The notes beneath the pieces were generated by a model. The model was not told where the DNA came from. It ran no database searches and saw nothing but the letters and a program-made list of their open reading frames with translations. From positions 434,001 to 498,000 of the forward strand of contig NW_020844837.1 of NCBI RefSeq assembly GCF_003704095.1: DNA of 64,000 bases, in the 5' to 3' direction. Origin of the DNA: Pocillopora damicornis. Lineage: Eukaryota. Shown here piece after piece: positions 53,611 through 64,000 of this stretch. Position 1 is the first letter of the stretch. Each line of letters opens with the position of its first letter. Position numbers and translations under genes: made by a program.

Positions 53611-54591
53611 TTACTGCGGCGAAAGCGAAACTTCTGTAAAACGGTTGGTATGTCTCCCGTTGATGTACCCGTTCCTTTCCTTTGCCCGCCGAAAAAAAAG
53701 CATACTCATCGTTCGGCGATATGTTGGTAGGCGCCATGCGTAGACAAACGCGTCCAGGCACACTTTTACAAACAACAACAGATCGGAGATTTCGAGAGCA
53801 ATCTGAATGTTTTCATTGGCCTGAGGAGAAAGCTCGTCTGATAGATAAAGGAATATTTGAGCTGTAATGACATGTGGCAGCGCGGATAAGAGCAAAATAG
53901 CAGCTAAATACATCGCCACTGCTGTAAATTGCTGCTGTAGATTTTCGCGGCGGGTTTTTCGACTGCTTCGCGGCGAAGAGCTTTCCTCGTGCTGTTCAAA
54001 AGCGCGTTTTCTCTTCAAATGGCGTCGGAAAGCTGCGTTTAATAAAAACAGAATCACCATCAAGTTAATAGATAGGAAAGACGTGTTTAGGGCTAGACTG
54101 AGTTTTAAAAAAGTGAATTGATCCATGATTCCCACAAATTGAAGACTCATGAAAGACAACAAGTAAAACAAACTGAGCATATTGAATATAATGGCGTTTC
54201 TCCTAGTGACGACTTTTTTAAAACTGTGCGGGCATTTTATGGCTATGTACTGAGCCCAGGACAAAGCCAACACGATCAAAAAAGAATAACAAATAGCCAC
54301 AGTGGATATGTTACTTCCTGCCGTAAAGAGCGTTTGTAAGACACCATTGACTGCGTCCCTTCCCTCAGTGTACACCACATAGTAATACGCCGCGAAGAAC
54401 GGTTCCGTAGTAAGAGCTGTGACAAGGTCCGCTAAACTTATACCTACAATGAAACTCGTCGTTGGAGAGCTAAAACATTTAAGCGGATCTTTCCAAACAG
54501 CAATAAGAAGAAGTACGTTGCTTGAAACTGTGGTAACAGATAAGATGGATAGACAAACAGCACTGGCGAGATGAATGACCTGTCCAGCCAT
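53611..54591 (-). CDS. Intronless class A orphan GPCR, ~326 aa, same KDPL family
   Basis: First ATG in the ORF (MAGQ). WKDPLKCFSSP, SLADL, AQYIAI..P, FVKVCLDAFVYAWRLP.YR; seven TM segments. Confidence 0.92.
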   Translation of the reverse strand: MAGQVIHLASAVCLSILSVTTVSSNVLLLIAVWKDPLKCFSSPTTSFIVGISLADLVTALTTEPFFAAYYYVVYTEGRDAVNGVLQTLFTAGSNISTVAICYSFLIVLALSWAQYIAIKCPHSFKKVVTRRNAIIFNMLSLFYLLSFMSLQFVGIMDQFTFLKLSLALNTSFLSINLMVILFLLNAAFRRHLKRKRAFEQHEESSSPRSSRKTRRENLQQQFTAVAMYLAAILLLSALPHVITAQIFLYLSDELSPQANENIQIALEISDLLLFVKVCLDAFVYAWRLPTYRRTMSMLFFRRAKERNGYINGRHTNRFTEVSLSPQ

Positions 54592-57077
54592 CTTGATATT
54601 GATGCCCTCTCGTTTCTTTCGCACGGAACACAGTTCTTTTGTTGATTTGTTTGCAGTGATTGAAAAGAAGCCGGAAAATAAATACTCTTTGCGAACCACG
54701 TCGTCAATTTGGCACCAAGAATGAATCTTTTGAATAAACGTCACCTGATATGAGTTAATTTCTTCGCCTTTTCTGTTTTCTCCAACCTGGACGAGGCGGA
54801 AATTGCTCCATCAGTAAATGAATAGAGGTAATCTTTCAAACAACAATTAGACTACTCTCCTTATGCACATCACGGCAGGTGATGATCACAGCGGAGAAAC
54901 AATGTCGCTGTGTTGTTGATATTCAAAACAAAGAACCTTCGAGTTTTCTTTTATATCTATAAATCACTAGCAACAAAGCCGTCAAAGTTTCACCTCTCTC
55001 AACGACCCTTGGGTTTTAACGATTCTGTGTACAGAGAATAAATCCAATGGTAATTCAAAACGTACGGCGTGAGCTGATCTGACGCAAGTTTACACTTATT
55101 TTTTGGCAGCTGCCGACGGCCTCGCCACAGAAGTTGAATTTAAAGCTGCAATTTTTGTTGACTTTCTACTTGTCATTACACTGTCAGAAAAACCGACAAA
55201 CCGTATTAAATTTTAAAATGATAGAGTCATTCTTTTCTTTCAGGGTTTAAATCGCTTCTAACAAATGTTTCTCGCACAATTAAAAGTAGAGTCGATTTCT
55301 TGTTTCACAGAATCGGGTTTTTTGCGAGTTGTGGAATTATGATATCAATGCACTTTAAGTAGAAAATGTCCTAAGACTCTTTTTACATTACACTTCAAAA
55401 TTGACGCTCTGTAATAAGTATTTGGCAAAAATAAGTTAAATATCTTATGTACGATTTAAGATTCCGCCGAAAGTCGTAATCCAGTCGTTAATTAAAGCCA
55501 TAAAATATACCGCTTTTCAAGCCCCTTTCAAGCATCTTCTTTCTTTAAAATGGAGGCGTTACATTTTTAGAATTTTTTTTAATAAAAGCATCATTTATTA
55601 CCCAAGTTAATTTCGAAGGAAACTGCTGTAGTTCAATAGCGGTCCTCTAAAGGAAAAAAAAAATGACAGCATTTTGTTTGAACACTTTGGTAATTCACAC
55701 AGGATTTTGACATTTTTGCAACGAATATGAAGTGCACAATGGAAGCTAAAACACAGTCGAACTGAAAAAGATCCAACACTTCACAAAAGAGAACATAAAC
55801 ACAACCCCCACTTGTATTTAAAACATCGCAAATGAACCGTCCAAAACTTTTTTCCCCAAATTGAAAATCAAACTGGCCGATGAGATCTAACCGGCAGAAA
55901 ATAAGCCTAAACACTTCATGACGGTTTCTTGAATGAAGTCTGACAACATCGATGATTTTGCAATTTTTTTTACAACTAGCTTCGTCTTTTTAACCTAACC
56001 CTCCACACCCCAACATCAGTATGCATATTCTCCATACTGTTCTCTATACATTTCCTAAGGTGCTGACAAGGAGAATTTGTTAAACAATCGAGAAGTTCTT
56101 AAGTTGGTGATCATTTTCATTATTCGCATGACCTTAATGAGTGATTTAAGGGCGACATTTGTAAGGAGAAATTAGAAGCTGGTCACTTTTAAGGGTTAAG
56201 GAGTTAAGATTTCTAATCTAAGGAAGCAGATGTAATATCTGTGAAATCTGTCGAGTAAGCAATTTTGCCCGCGAACCTGGTCACCTATCGGGATGGAAGA
56301 TGGATTAAAAAATAATGATTGAGCCAATTGTTTGATGATCTAAACTCAGACAGTTTTAGATGCGGCACAACCAAAACATTTCGAGGCTTACTCTTAATTG
56401 ATCTATTATGGGAAACTTGGCATCTTAATGACCTGATGTGGTAGACTAGGTTGAGGTGTTAATTGTGAGAAAGAAATTGGCAAATACATCAACATTGATT
56501 TTAGATAAACATGGAGAAGGAGCCGTCAAATAAATCTGTCTCTTCATACTCGTGCCAAAACTTAGCACTTAGGGAAGAAAAAAGAAAATCAAGTAGTAAT
56601 TTACATTTGAAATACAACTAATTTACAATATGATCGCATGGTATAGTTTAGATAAGCGTAGCTTTTTAATTTAACCTTTTCTCTCAACAGTGCCGGAGTA
56701 CAATTAAGCCAGTTGATTGATTTTTCAGACTGTCGCGCCCTGTGTAATCAATGGTTTGATTACGAACCGCCTACGAACAAAGGGTTACCGAGATATGACC
56801 CAGATGAAGCCACAGCTCCAAGGTAACATAAACGATTTTCAATTAGCTAACCAAAAATAAGTGTTTATTTAAATTCATTGATAGCGCGAAGCTTTATAGC
56901 AGGCGAAAGGCAGAAGCCTTTTACAAGGCAAGAGTTAGAAACTCGTTTCTATCTCTATTTTCCCTTGATGGCCCTAAGCTAAATCTTTATGGTATTGCCA
57001 GAGTCTTCTTGTCAAAGAAAGGGCAGCAAATAGCGCCTAGATGGCAAGTTGTTTTGATAGGAAGGATTAATACAGCA

Positions 57078-57355
57078 ATTTTCAATTGAATGTCAAAGTT
57101 ATCAAATCCGAGATTGCGTTGTTTTCCAAGTGCTTTACTTCGCTCTGTGATTGGTTCAGAAAACTTGCGCCACTTTCTTAACCAATCACATATAAAACTA
57201 CTATCAATCACGACAAGGCCACCCGCGTTTTTCTGCGCCTTAGGGTGTTTAGTTGATTGTACTTAGCGTTCTCACTGGCTCTCAAAGCATTTTATTTTTT
57301 CTACGGCCATTGTGCTTACTTAAATGTTACGAACCTCAATCAAAAAGCGCTCTCA
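57078..57355 (+). repeat. Dispersed ~280 bp repeat (second copy ~61885-62148 in MLXIP intron)
   Basis: Shared tgtgattggt.cagaaaacttgcgcc.ct.tct.aaccaatca...ccgcgtttt...ttctca.tggctct. Confidence 0.75.
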
Positions 57356-59117
57356 AAGAAAATTATGTGTGACGCTTTCATAAATCAGACTCAGTAAGTC
57401 TGATGAAACCAAGAGCCATTACCGGTTTGCCAAATTTCACTTAAAAATAAAAAAGCGACAACGAAATATTCTTAAGAGGTTGTTGTAAAAAAGCAGTTTA
57501 TTTTTGCAAAAAATCCTTTTTCCACCTTACAACTCACTGCAAATTGAATTTGCACCATATCCTCAGTATAAAACTGCTAATTTAGTGACAAAGCTAAACA
57601 GAGGCCAAACATTGGACAATATAGTTACACCTGGATAATTGAACAAACAGAGGTATTCTCGTAATAGACTATAAAACAAATACAGATTTGAGATTGTGAA
57701 CTGCAGTTTACATGTTGAATACAGCCTTTCACGAAAGTTTAATGAGTTAATTTATGGAGTCCTTCCTTTTGCTCAGATGATCGGCAAACGTCGACGTGAT
57801 TGAAACAAGTTACCCTATGTACAAAGAATTATCACTCAAAAACTTACATTTACAGTGCTAGATAGAGAACTATTAAAATTCTATTAGTATTTACCTACAT
57901 TATAAATTCTCTAAGGATTAATCGGCCTTAGTCAAGCGATCTAACTGTTCGCCTAACGTCAATATCAGTACCTGGGCAACTGCCCACCACTAACACAGGG
58001 GCAAAATACAATGTACAAGGCAAATCCAGTCGTTACACATTAAACTAAACACATAACGTACATACCATAGAGATGGCAGGATAACTTATGGATCAATATA
58101 GAAGCAGTAAGGCTTGAATAGGAACCAAGCCAAACTAGACTCCAGACCTCCTCCTAAACTTAACACTGAAAGACTCCTGGGACTGAGAGTTGAGAATGGC
58201 ATACAAAAGCGACAGTTTGGATAAGAGAATTAGGAAGTATCAGCTTATCAAAGAGATGCAGTCGAATGTATTCGCTTATTATAGGAAAAGTCATTTGACG
58301 ACAACAGCTTATAGTACAAGTTATACTTTTTTCTCTAGTACAGATATGGATATTATTAGCTAGTGTTGGAATTAGGAACAGTTAGATCTGAAAATAATGA
58401 CCTTTAACAGGTTTTGAACACAACATTTCGTTTATTTATAGGTTATGTATTTTTTTTTATCTTTGAAGACAAACTACGACTTCACTTACAGGAATCATCA
58501 CATTTATCTCTTGATCACTCATATTTCAATTAGCAACAAAATTACGTCAAGCTTGGAAAAAGAACCTCTTTCATATTGGCCGATTTCTCACCAATATTAT
58601 ACCCCTGCATTACTTCTCACACTAAATATACAGCATCATTCATATGCCAAAAAAGCGCATCTATAAACGTATTCGCAAACACGCAAATTTTCCTGTGCTC
58701 TTTCTGTACCATGTCCGTTTCACTTCAAAATGTTTCCTGGCATATTTTTGTAATCTTTTTTTGTTCCTTACTCGAAAGGATCGAGTTGAGTCCTGGCTTC
58801 CAGGGTCATGTAGACCGATGCAAAGTGTGACCAATAACAGGTCACGTGTTTGGCAGGTCGTCTCCTAGAGGGAATACTATGTACAGAATGGCGTAAAAAG
58901 TTTCTCCACACAGTGCATCAAACTTTTTAAAAAGATGTTGTGCAATAAACTGAGTGGCTGCTGGTTAGAAGTGAGTGTCTAAACCAAGGAAGTTTCCTTC
59001 TGAATCGTAGAAGCGTCAATGGAAAGCCTCGCCGATAATTTTACAAACAATGTTGAGATGCCACTTGCAGAGACTAAAGGAACATTATTTACTAGGGACA
59101 ATGTGTCTAGGTCCTTC

Positions 59118-62100
59118 TCAACTGTAGCCGGCTGCTGCCCCACCATTTCGAACCCCACCATTGGCACCTGGAGGAGCCATCATGGCGGACAGGTCTGTAG
59201 GATCCCTGTTGGCTGTAGCTCTCAGCGCCTGCTCAGGAACTTTCGACGGGTCTGACAAGATCGACGTAGCTTTACTGAGGTCGCGTAACGAGGACAATGC
59301 CGCTGAGAACGGATAAATATACGTGCGTTATTGACCCAGCTTGAGGTCAATAAGGTTGGTCATTTGCTAGGTTCTGTTTTGGAACCGAGGTCAATATCAG
59401 CCATATTGATTGACCAAGCCAAGCTACCGGACGATTTACCATGTGGCACACCAAAGAACTGCCACATGAACTCGTCTTAGGCTTCTTTGTGTGACTTCTC
59501 ACATCATACACGATAGTAGTCACACAGTACTTTTCTTCGCGGGCAGGCCCTCGTTATTTGCGTCACACGACGCACGTTTCTTCGCCTGCGGAGGCCTTGA
59601 GACGAGTGGGGAAGAGGTTTGCCAGGAGTCTGGCACTTTGTCAGTGCCAGACCCCACTGCAGACCTCTCGCCGTCTTGCATAGCTTAAGGCCTCATGATT
59701 TTACCGCGGGCGAAGAACGCACCTGTTGAACCGCTAATAATGAGGGCCTGCTCGTAGGCTTCAGAGGTAGTAGATAGGGAAACAGTTACGATACAATACT
59801 TACCAGGTCTCAGTGCGGGTAAAGAACAGTGCTGTTCAAGCCACCCAATAACTGTTCTACAGAAGTCTTCCACACTGGCTGTAGACACCGTGTTATTATA
59901 CTCTTCAAACAGATGACGCATCAGTACGCTGAACTGAACGATGAGTTAAAGATGTGAATATTTTGTTATAAAATTAGCGAAAACAAGTAAATACACATAA
60001 CTCGAGCTTTCCGCGGGCGATTTAAAATATTTTATTCTGAAACAAACTTTCAAGACTCTTTGTCAACCCACGGTATTGCAAGAGCATCGCGTAGTTGAAA
60101 TAAAAGCCAATCAGAACACAAAATTCAACGTCTGAACCGCATCAAATTAAAATGAAAGGTCAGGCGCGCAAAGCCGCACAGACGAGAAAGAGTCTTAAAA
60201 CTCTGGCAGAGAAAACTTCAGTTTAATTTTTTGAAACTTTAGAATAGAGGCAAGCATCGCGTGTGAAGAAGGAGGTAACTGAGTTATATTTAAACATTCA
60301 GGCATGCGAAGAGTCCACAGGATTTACCATGCACTACTCATAGATGTGACTAGAAACTTAATCTGCTCCACTGCATCATTGAGCTCCTGTACTCTGTGCA
60401 CATTACCGAAAAAATAGGGAAAGAAAAGAATAAAGAGAGAAGGAAAATCGTCTTAAAAGGATACTATCCAGAACTTGAAGTTGTCCTGCGTTCGTGTCTT
60501 TACGTACTGATTAAACATGGACCACATTTGATCAACACGCTGTCAAAGAAAAACGTAATAATTTAACGTTAGCATCTCAGTAATGAGGTATGAGTAATGG
60601 AATCAGTACGTTCAACATACTCGAGCTAAGTAACTCTCACTTTAAGAGACAATGAGAAAATTCCATCCGAAATTGATCATTATGAGGTATTTTTGATCGT
60701 CCAAAAAGTAACCTCAATTCTAATTATCAAAAAAGGGGTAGGGATGAGGCAGTTTGAATATCTTTCCCATATACTTTTAAAATTAATTTCCTCCAGGAAC
60801 TACCTTGTTCCTATTGTTCTGATTGTGTAGATACAGATTAGAGAAGAACGCGCCTTGAGAGTTGAGTAGTAGTGACATCTGCTACGATTTAAACTCATTA
60901 AGTGATACAACTAGGGCTAAATTAAACGACAATAAGTTTATTTCAAGGACAACGATACAAAAAAAAAAAAAAGAGGCACGATACTGCCGCAGACTAACTA
61001 GGAGCTTGAAACAAGTAAACATTAACTTGATACATCAAACGAGCTCGACGACTCATTAAATGTATCATAGGCATTTACCTGTCTTGCAACTGGTACTCCT
61101 GTGGCCGGAAGCTGTTGTTGACACATACTGCGAAGGAAATACACCAAAACTCATTCTCAATGCCAAAAAAATAAACTCCCCCTTGTAAACTGAGGTTCTA
61201 AAAAATTAAATCGCCTGGGAACTAGAGCTAAACGCAGAACTGAGTTGGCTTTCCATTGATATTTTAATTTTATCATTCTAACAGTGTTACCTTACCGTGC
61301 ATGAGGTGATTATACAGAAATCTTGGTTTTCATTAGCAACGCAAGCATGGGCGCAAGCGCAAGCACAAATGCAAAGACAACAGCTCTTCTTTCACCGTGA
61401 AAACGGCCTCGACGGAAGTAAAAGGATCAGAACTTTTCTTTTGTCTTGTGCTTGCGTCGGGGCCGTTTTCACGATAAAATTGTAAATGTTAAGCTTGCCT
61501 TTGTGCTTGCTTCGCTTGCAAAAAACCGGCTTAATACTTAATCACAAAGATATAAACACTCACCTTATTGATGCATTTAGCTCCTGGATCTGTTTTCTGA
61601 GCAGGTCAGCTTCCTCCTGCATGGTTTGTCTCTCCCGCTGCAGCTTGGTGGTATATTCAACAGCTGAAACAAAAACCAAAACGAAATGAAAACAAAAACA
61701 AAAACAAAACAAAACAGACAGGCAAACGAGAAACATAAAACAACCTCGATACCACAAGACAATGCCGACCATACAACAACATGCCTGATGTTATGACTTG
61801 TAAAACTGAGTTAGTGACGATTTCTTAGAGAGAATTTATTAAGTTCCACAACAAATCTTGTGAGAAACTGAGAAGTAATATATGCAAGGTAATGTCTGGG
61901 ATTAATTTGATTTTGCTTTATTTCGGTTTGTGATTGGTCCAGAAAACTTGCGCCGCTCTCTCAACCAATCAGATGCAAAAGTAAAACTAGTCACGACTTG
62001 ATCGCCCGCGTTTTCCCGCGCTTAGGTAGCTTGCTTGTTTTTACTTTGAGTTCTCATTGGCTCTTTAAGGTATTTTCCTTCGTTCTGATTGGCTGTTGCG

Positions 62101-63796
62101 ATTACTTTGGTTTTGGTATATTAGAGCCAATCGAACGGCGCTCTAAAGTAAGTGTAAACGAGACTTACTTTTCTGCAGAACTGTGGCTTTGCTAACTTTG
62201 GAATTCCTTTGACTGGCAAGTGACGGAACAAGTGACATCAACTGATCGAAGCCCATCTGGACAGAAGCAAACCGATAACTATGCGTTATTATCACTGTAA
62301 GATTTTATAGACTTTAGTACAATCACCTACAAAATATACGGAATAAACCAAGAACTGGAGGATGACTGACTGGCTGACAGACTAAATGAGCTCAGTGCCT
62401 GACGATTGCCTGGTTGAGTGACTGAGCGAGAAAGGCAGCAGCTAACAAACCGACCAACCCTTTTTCATTTCACACTTACTTTAATATTACCACGTCTCTT
62501 CTGTTCCGCTGTTATGTGCGAAATTCGTCTGTGTTCCTGACAGAGCAGAAAAAAGCCTTACACATCAATTTATATCAAACAAATCACAGTGTTAAATAAA
62601 TTGCTGAGACCGATACAATTTCATGATAGGACTAAATTCCTTTATCTTCACACTTTGCACGGAGGGAAAGTCAAGATAAGGAATTCACTTATTTGCTCAC
62701 TTTTGCGAGACGATGGCAAAGCATCAGTGAAATAGCAAATGTAATCCGACAGATGACTGTGGAGTTGGTAGGCTCACTTATCGAGACTTTACATATGCAT
62801 GACTAATTGAGAAGAAATACTTGTGCAGTATACAGTATAAAGTCTCACAACAAATCTCACATGACGTTCTAACAGTTTAACTTACCTTGTACTGCTCCCG
62901 CTGTTCTGCAGTTACAGGTCTTGTCTGTTTGGCAGGCGGCTAAAATAAAAGAAACTTGGTTTCAAAAATGACATACAATGTCGATAATTTTTCTACACTC
63001 AAAAGGTATCTGTCTGTCTGCTTAACCTTTAGACATTAATTTATCCCTTCGTTTACGAATTTATGATTTTTTGGGTGGAAACCTGGTGCTTCTGTGTTGT
63101 CTTCTTGAGGAAAACTTTTCACCCGACTCACTGTACCTCTCTTTGGCAAAAAGAATCCTAAGTAAATGGACCAGCAACTTGACTAATGTGCTAAGAAAAA
63201 CAGGACAGGTTTTGTTTTGTCAAAAGTATTCAGCTTAATTTTGTCCTAGTGATTTAATTACTTGTGGCTGGTCTGTTTAAGGCGTCCAGATGGTAATTGA
63301 AGCGCGGTAGTAGCGCAGACCGAAAATAGGAGAGAGGCTTGGACAGGGTCGCGTGGGCTTGGGGCGGCTCGTGAGACCTGTCCCAAACCTCTTTCCCTTT
63401 TCGCCTTGTCACCCAATTTACTAAGTAAACACCTGGAACAAGCTACTCTGAGGCGTGTTCCCAGCCGTATGTTGAATTGATTATTCGTTCCACTTACAGG
63501 CGTTTTTGTTGGCCTCATTCCTCCTGTGTCCTGAGATTCAGTCACAAGACCAGTAGTTGACACTGCAACAGCTGAGGGAAAGAAAGCTCAAATTTTATCC
63601 CCTGAATTTAACAACAATTCCTGATAGTGTTACCGTTTTGTAAGAGGTACACACTCAAATCATGATAAAGAAAAAATTGATCGTAAAAAAAAGTATGTAA
63701 CTCACCCATTGAATTCTTGGCTCCAGCGCTCATAGTCGCAACTGTTTGTAGAGGAGAGGAACTATTGACAGCGCTTGATGGTACAGGAACAGTAAC
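59118..63796 (-). CDS. MLXIP: Mondo/ChREBP bHLH-ZIP transcription factor, 3' ten exons; continues beyond window
   Basis: Exons 63796-63706, 63571-63498, 62939-62886, 62536-62480 (EHRRISHITAEQKRRGNIK), 62256-62169 (MGFDQL...SKATVLQK), 61663-61564 (zipper), 61127-61079 (CQQQLPATGVP), 60539-60465 (RTQDNFKFWI), 59933-59804 (WLEQHCSLPALRP), 59302-59118. Probably co-ortholog of MLXIP and MLXIPL. Confidence 0.93.
59934..60464 (-). other. U12-type (minor spliceosome) GT-AG intron
   Basis: 5' site GTATCCTTT and branch-like TCTTTAAC about 11 nt before the 3' junction, with no long polypyrimidine tract. Confidence 0.88.
61322..61533. mobile_element. MITE-like palindromic element in MLXIP intron
   Basis: ggttttcattagcaacgcaagc...gcttgcttcgcttgcaaaaaacc; GCAAGC repeats on the left mirrored by GCTTGC on the right. 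Confidence 0.55.
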
Positions 63797-64000
63797 CTAA
63801 GTGGCACATAACAGCGTAAAAAATTAGAACTCTGCCCACTCAGCGAGTTTTCCATTGGAATATTTAGACTGAAAAGGACAACGTGAAATATAAGCTTATA
63901 CAGCAACGGCACAAGTTCAAATTCCGCTGAGGTCTAAGATCAAAATACATGATAAATACTTTAAGAAATCCGCTTGCGCTGTTAAAAGGCGAATGAAGTG

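Noticed and set aside
43636-54591. Opsins, because of the TM7 lysine
   Set aside because: The Lys is 5 residues before position 7.50, whereas the opsin retinal-binding Lys is 7 before (7.43); other opsin hallmarks are lacking
54592-54744. N-terminal extension of the 377-aa GPCR ORF
   Set aside because: Begins at a non-ATG codon; first ATG is at 54591, just before TM1

Overview
Eukaryotic, AT-rich, intron-containing draft scaffold with many N gaps. Gene content and dispersed repeats look cnidarian, probably a stony coral (inference). Positions 1-25.3 kb are dominated by a ~19 kb array of a 50-51 bp satellite with higher-order, layered structure and a short (CCCTAA)4 insertion. The array lies inside and between two oppositely oriented partial copies of an ERCC6L/PICH-like SNF2 translocase gene, which I reconstructed from spliced exons that the ORF track misses or only partly captures. 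The minus-strand copy is decayed; the plus-strand 3' end looks intact and has the C-terminal TPR-like exon. Next come GLT1D1 (13 coding exons, minus) head-to-head with a canonical CENP-V, three divergent tandem CENP-V/GFA paralogs plus a relic, and three intronless atypical class-A GPCRs (xQY instead of DRY, Lys at 7.45). The window ends with a Crypton-like fragment, the 3' part of an IRG/IIGP GTPase, and the 3' half of a Mondo/ChREBP (MLXIP-like) gene with a U12-type intron. Gene names rest on remembered similarity to human proteins, not on searches. Contig order and orientation across the 100-N gaps is unverified.
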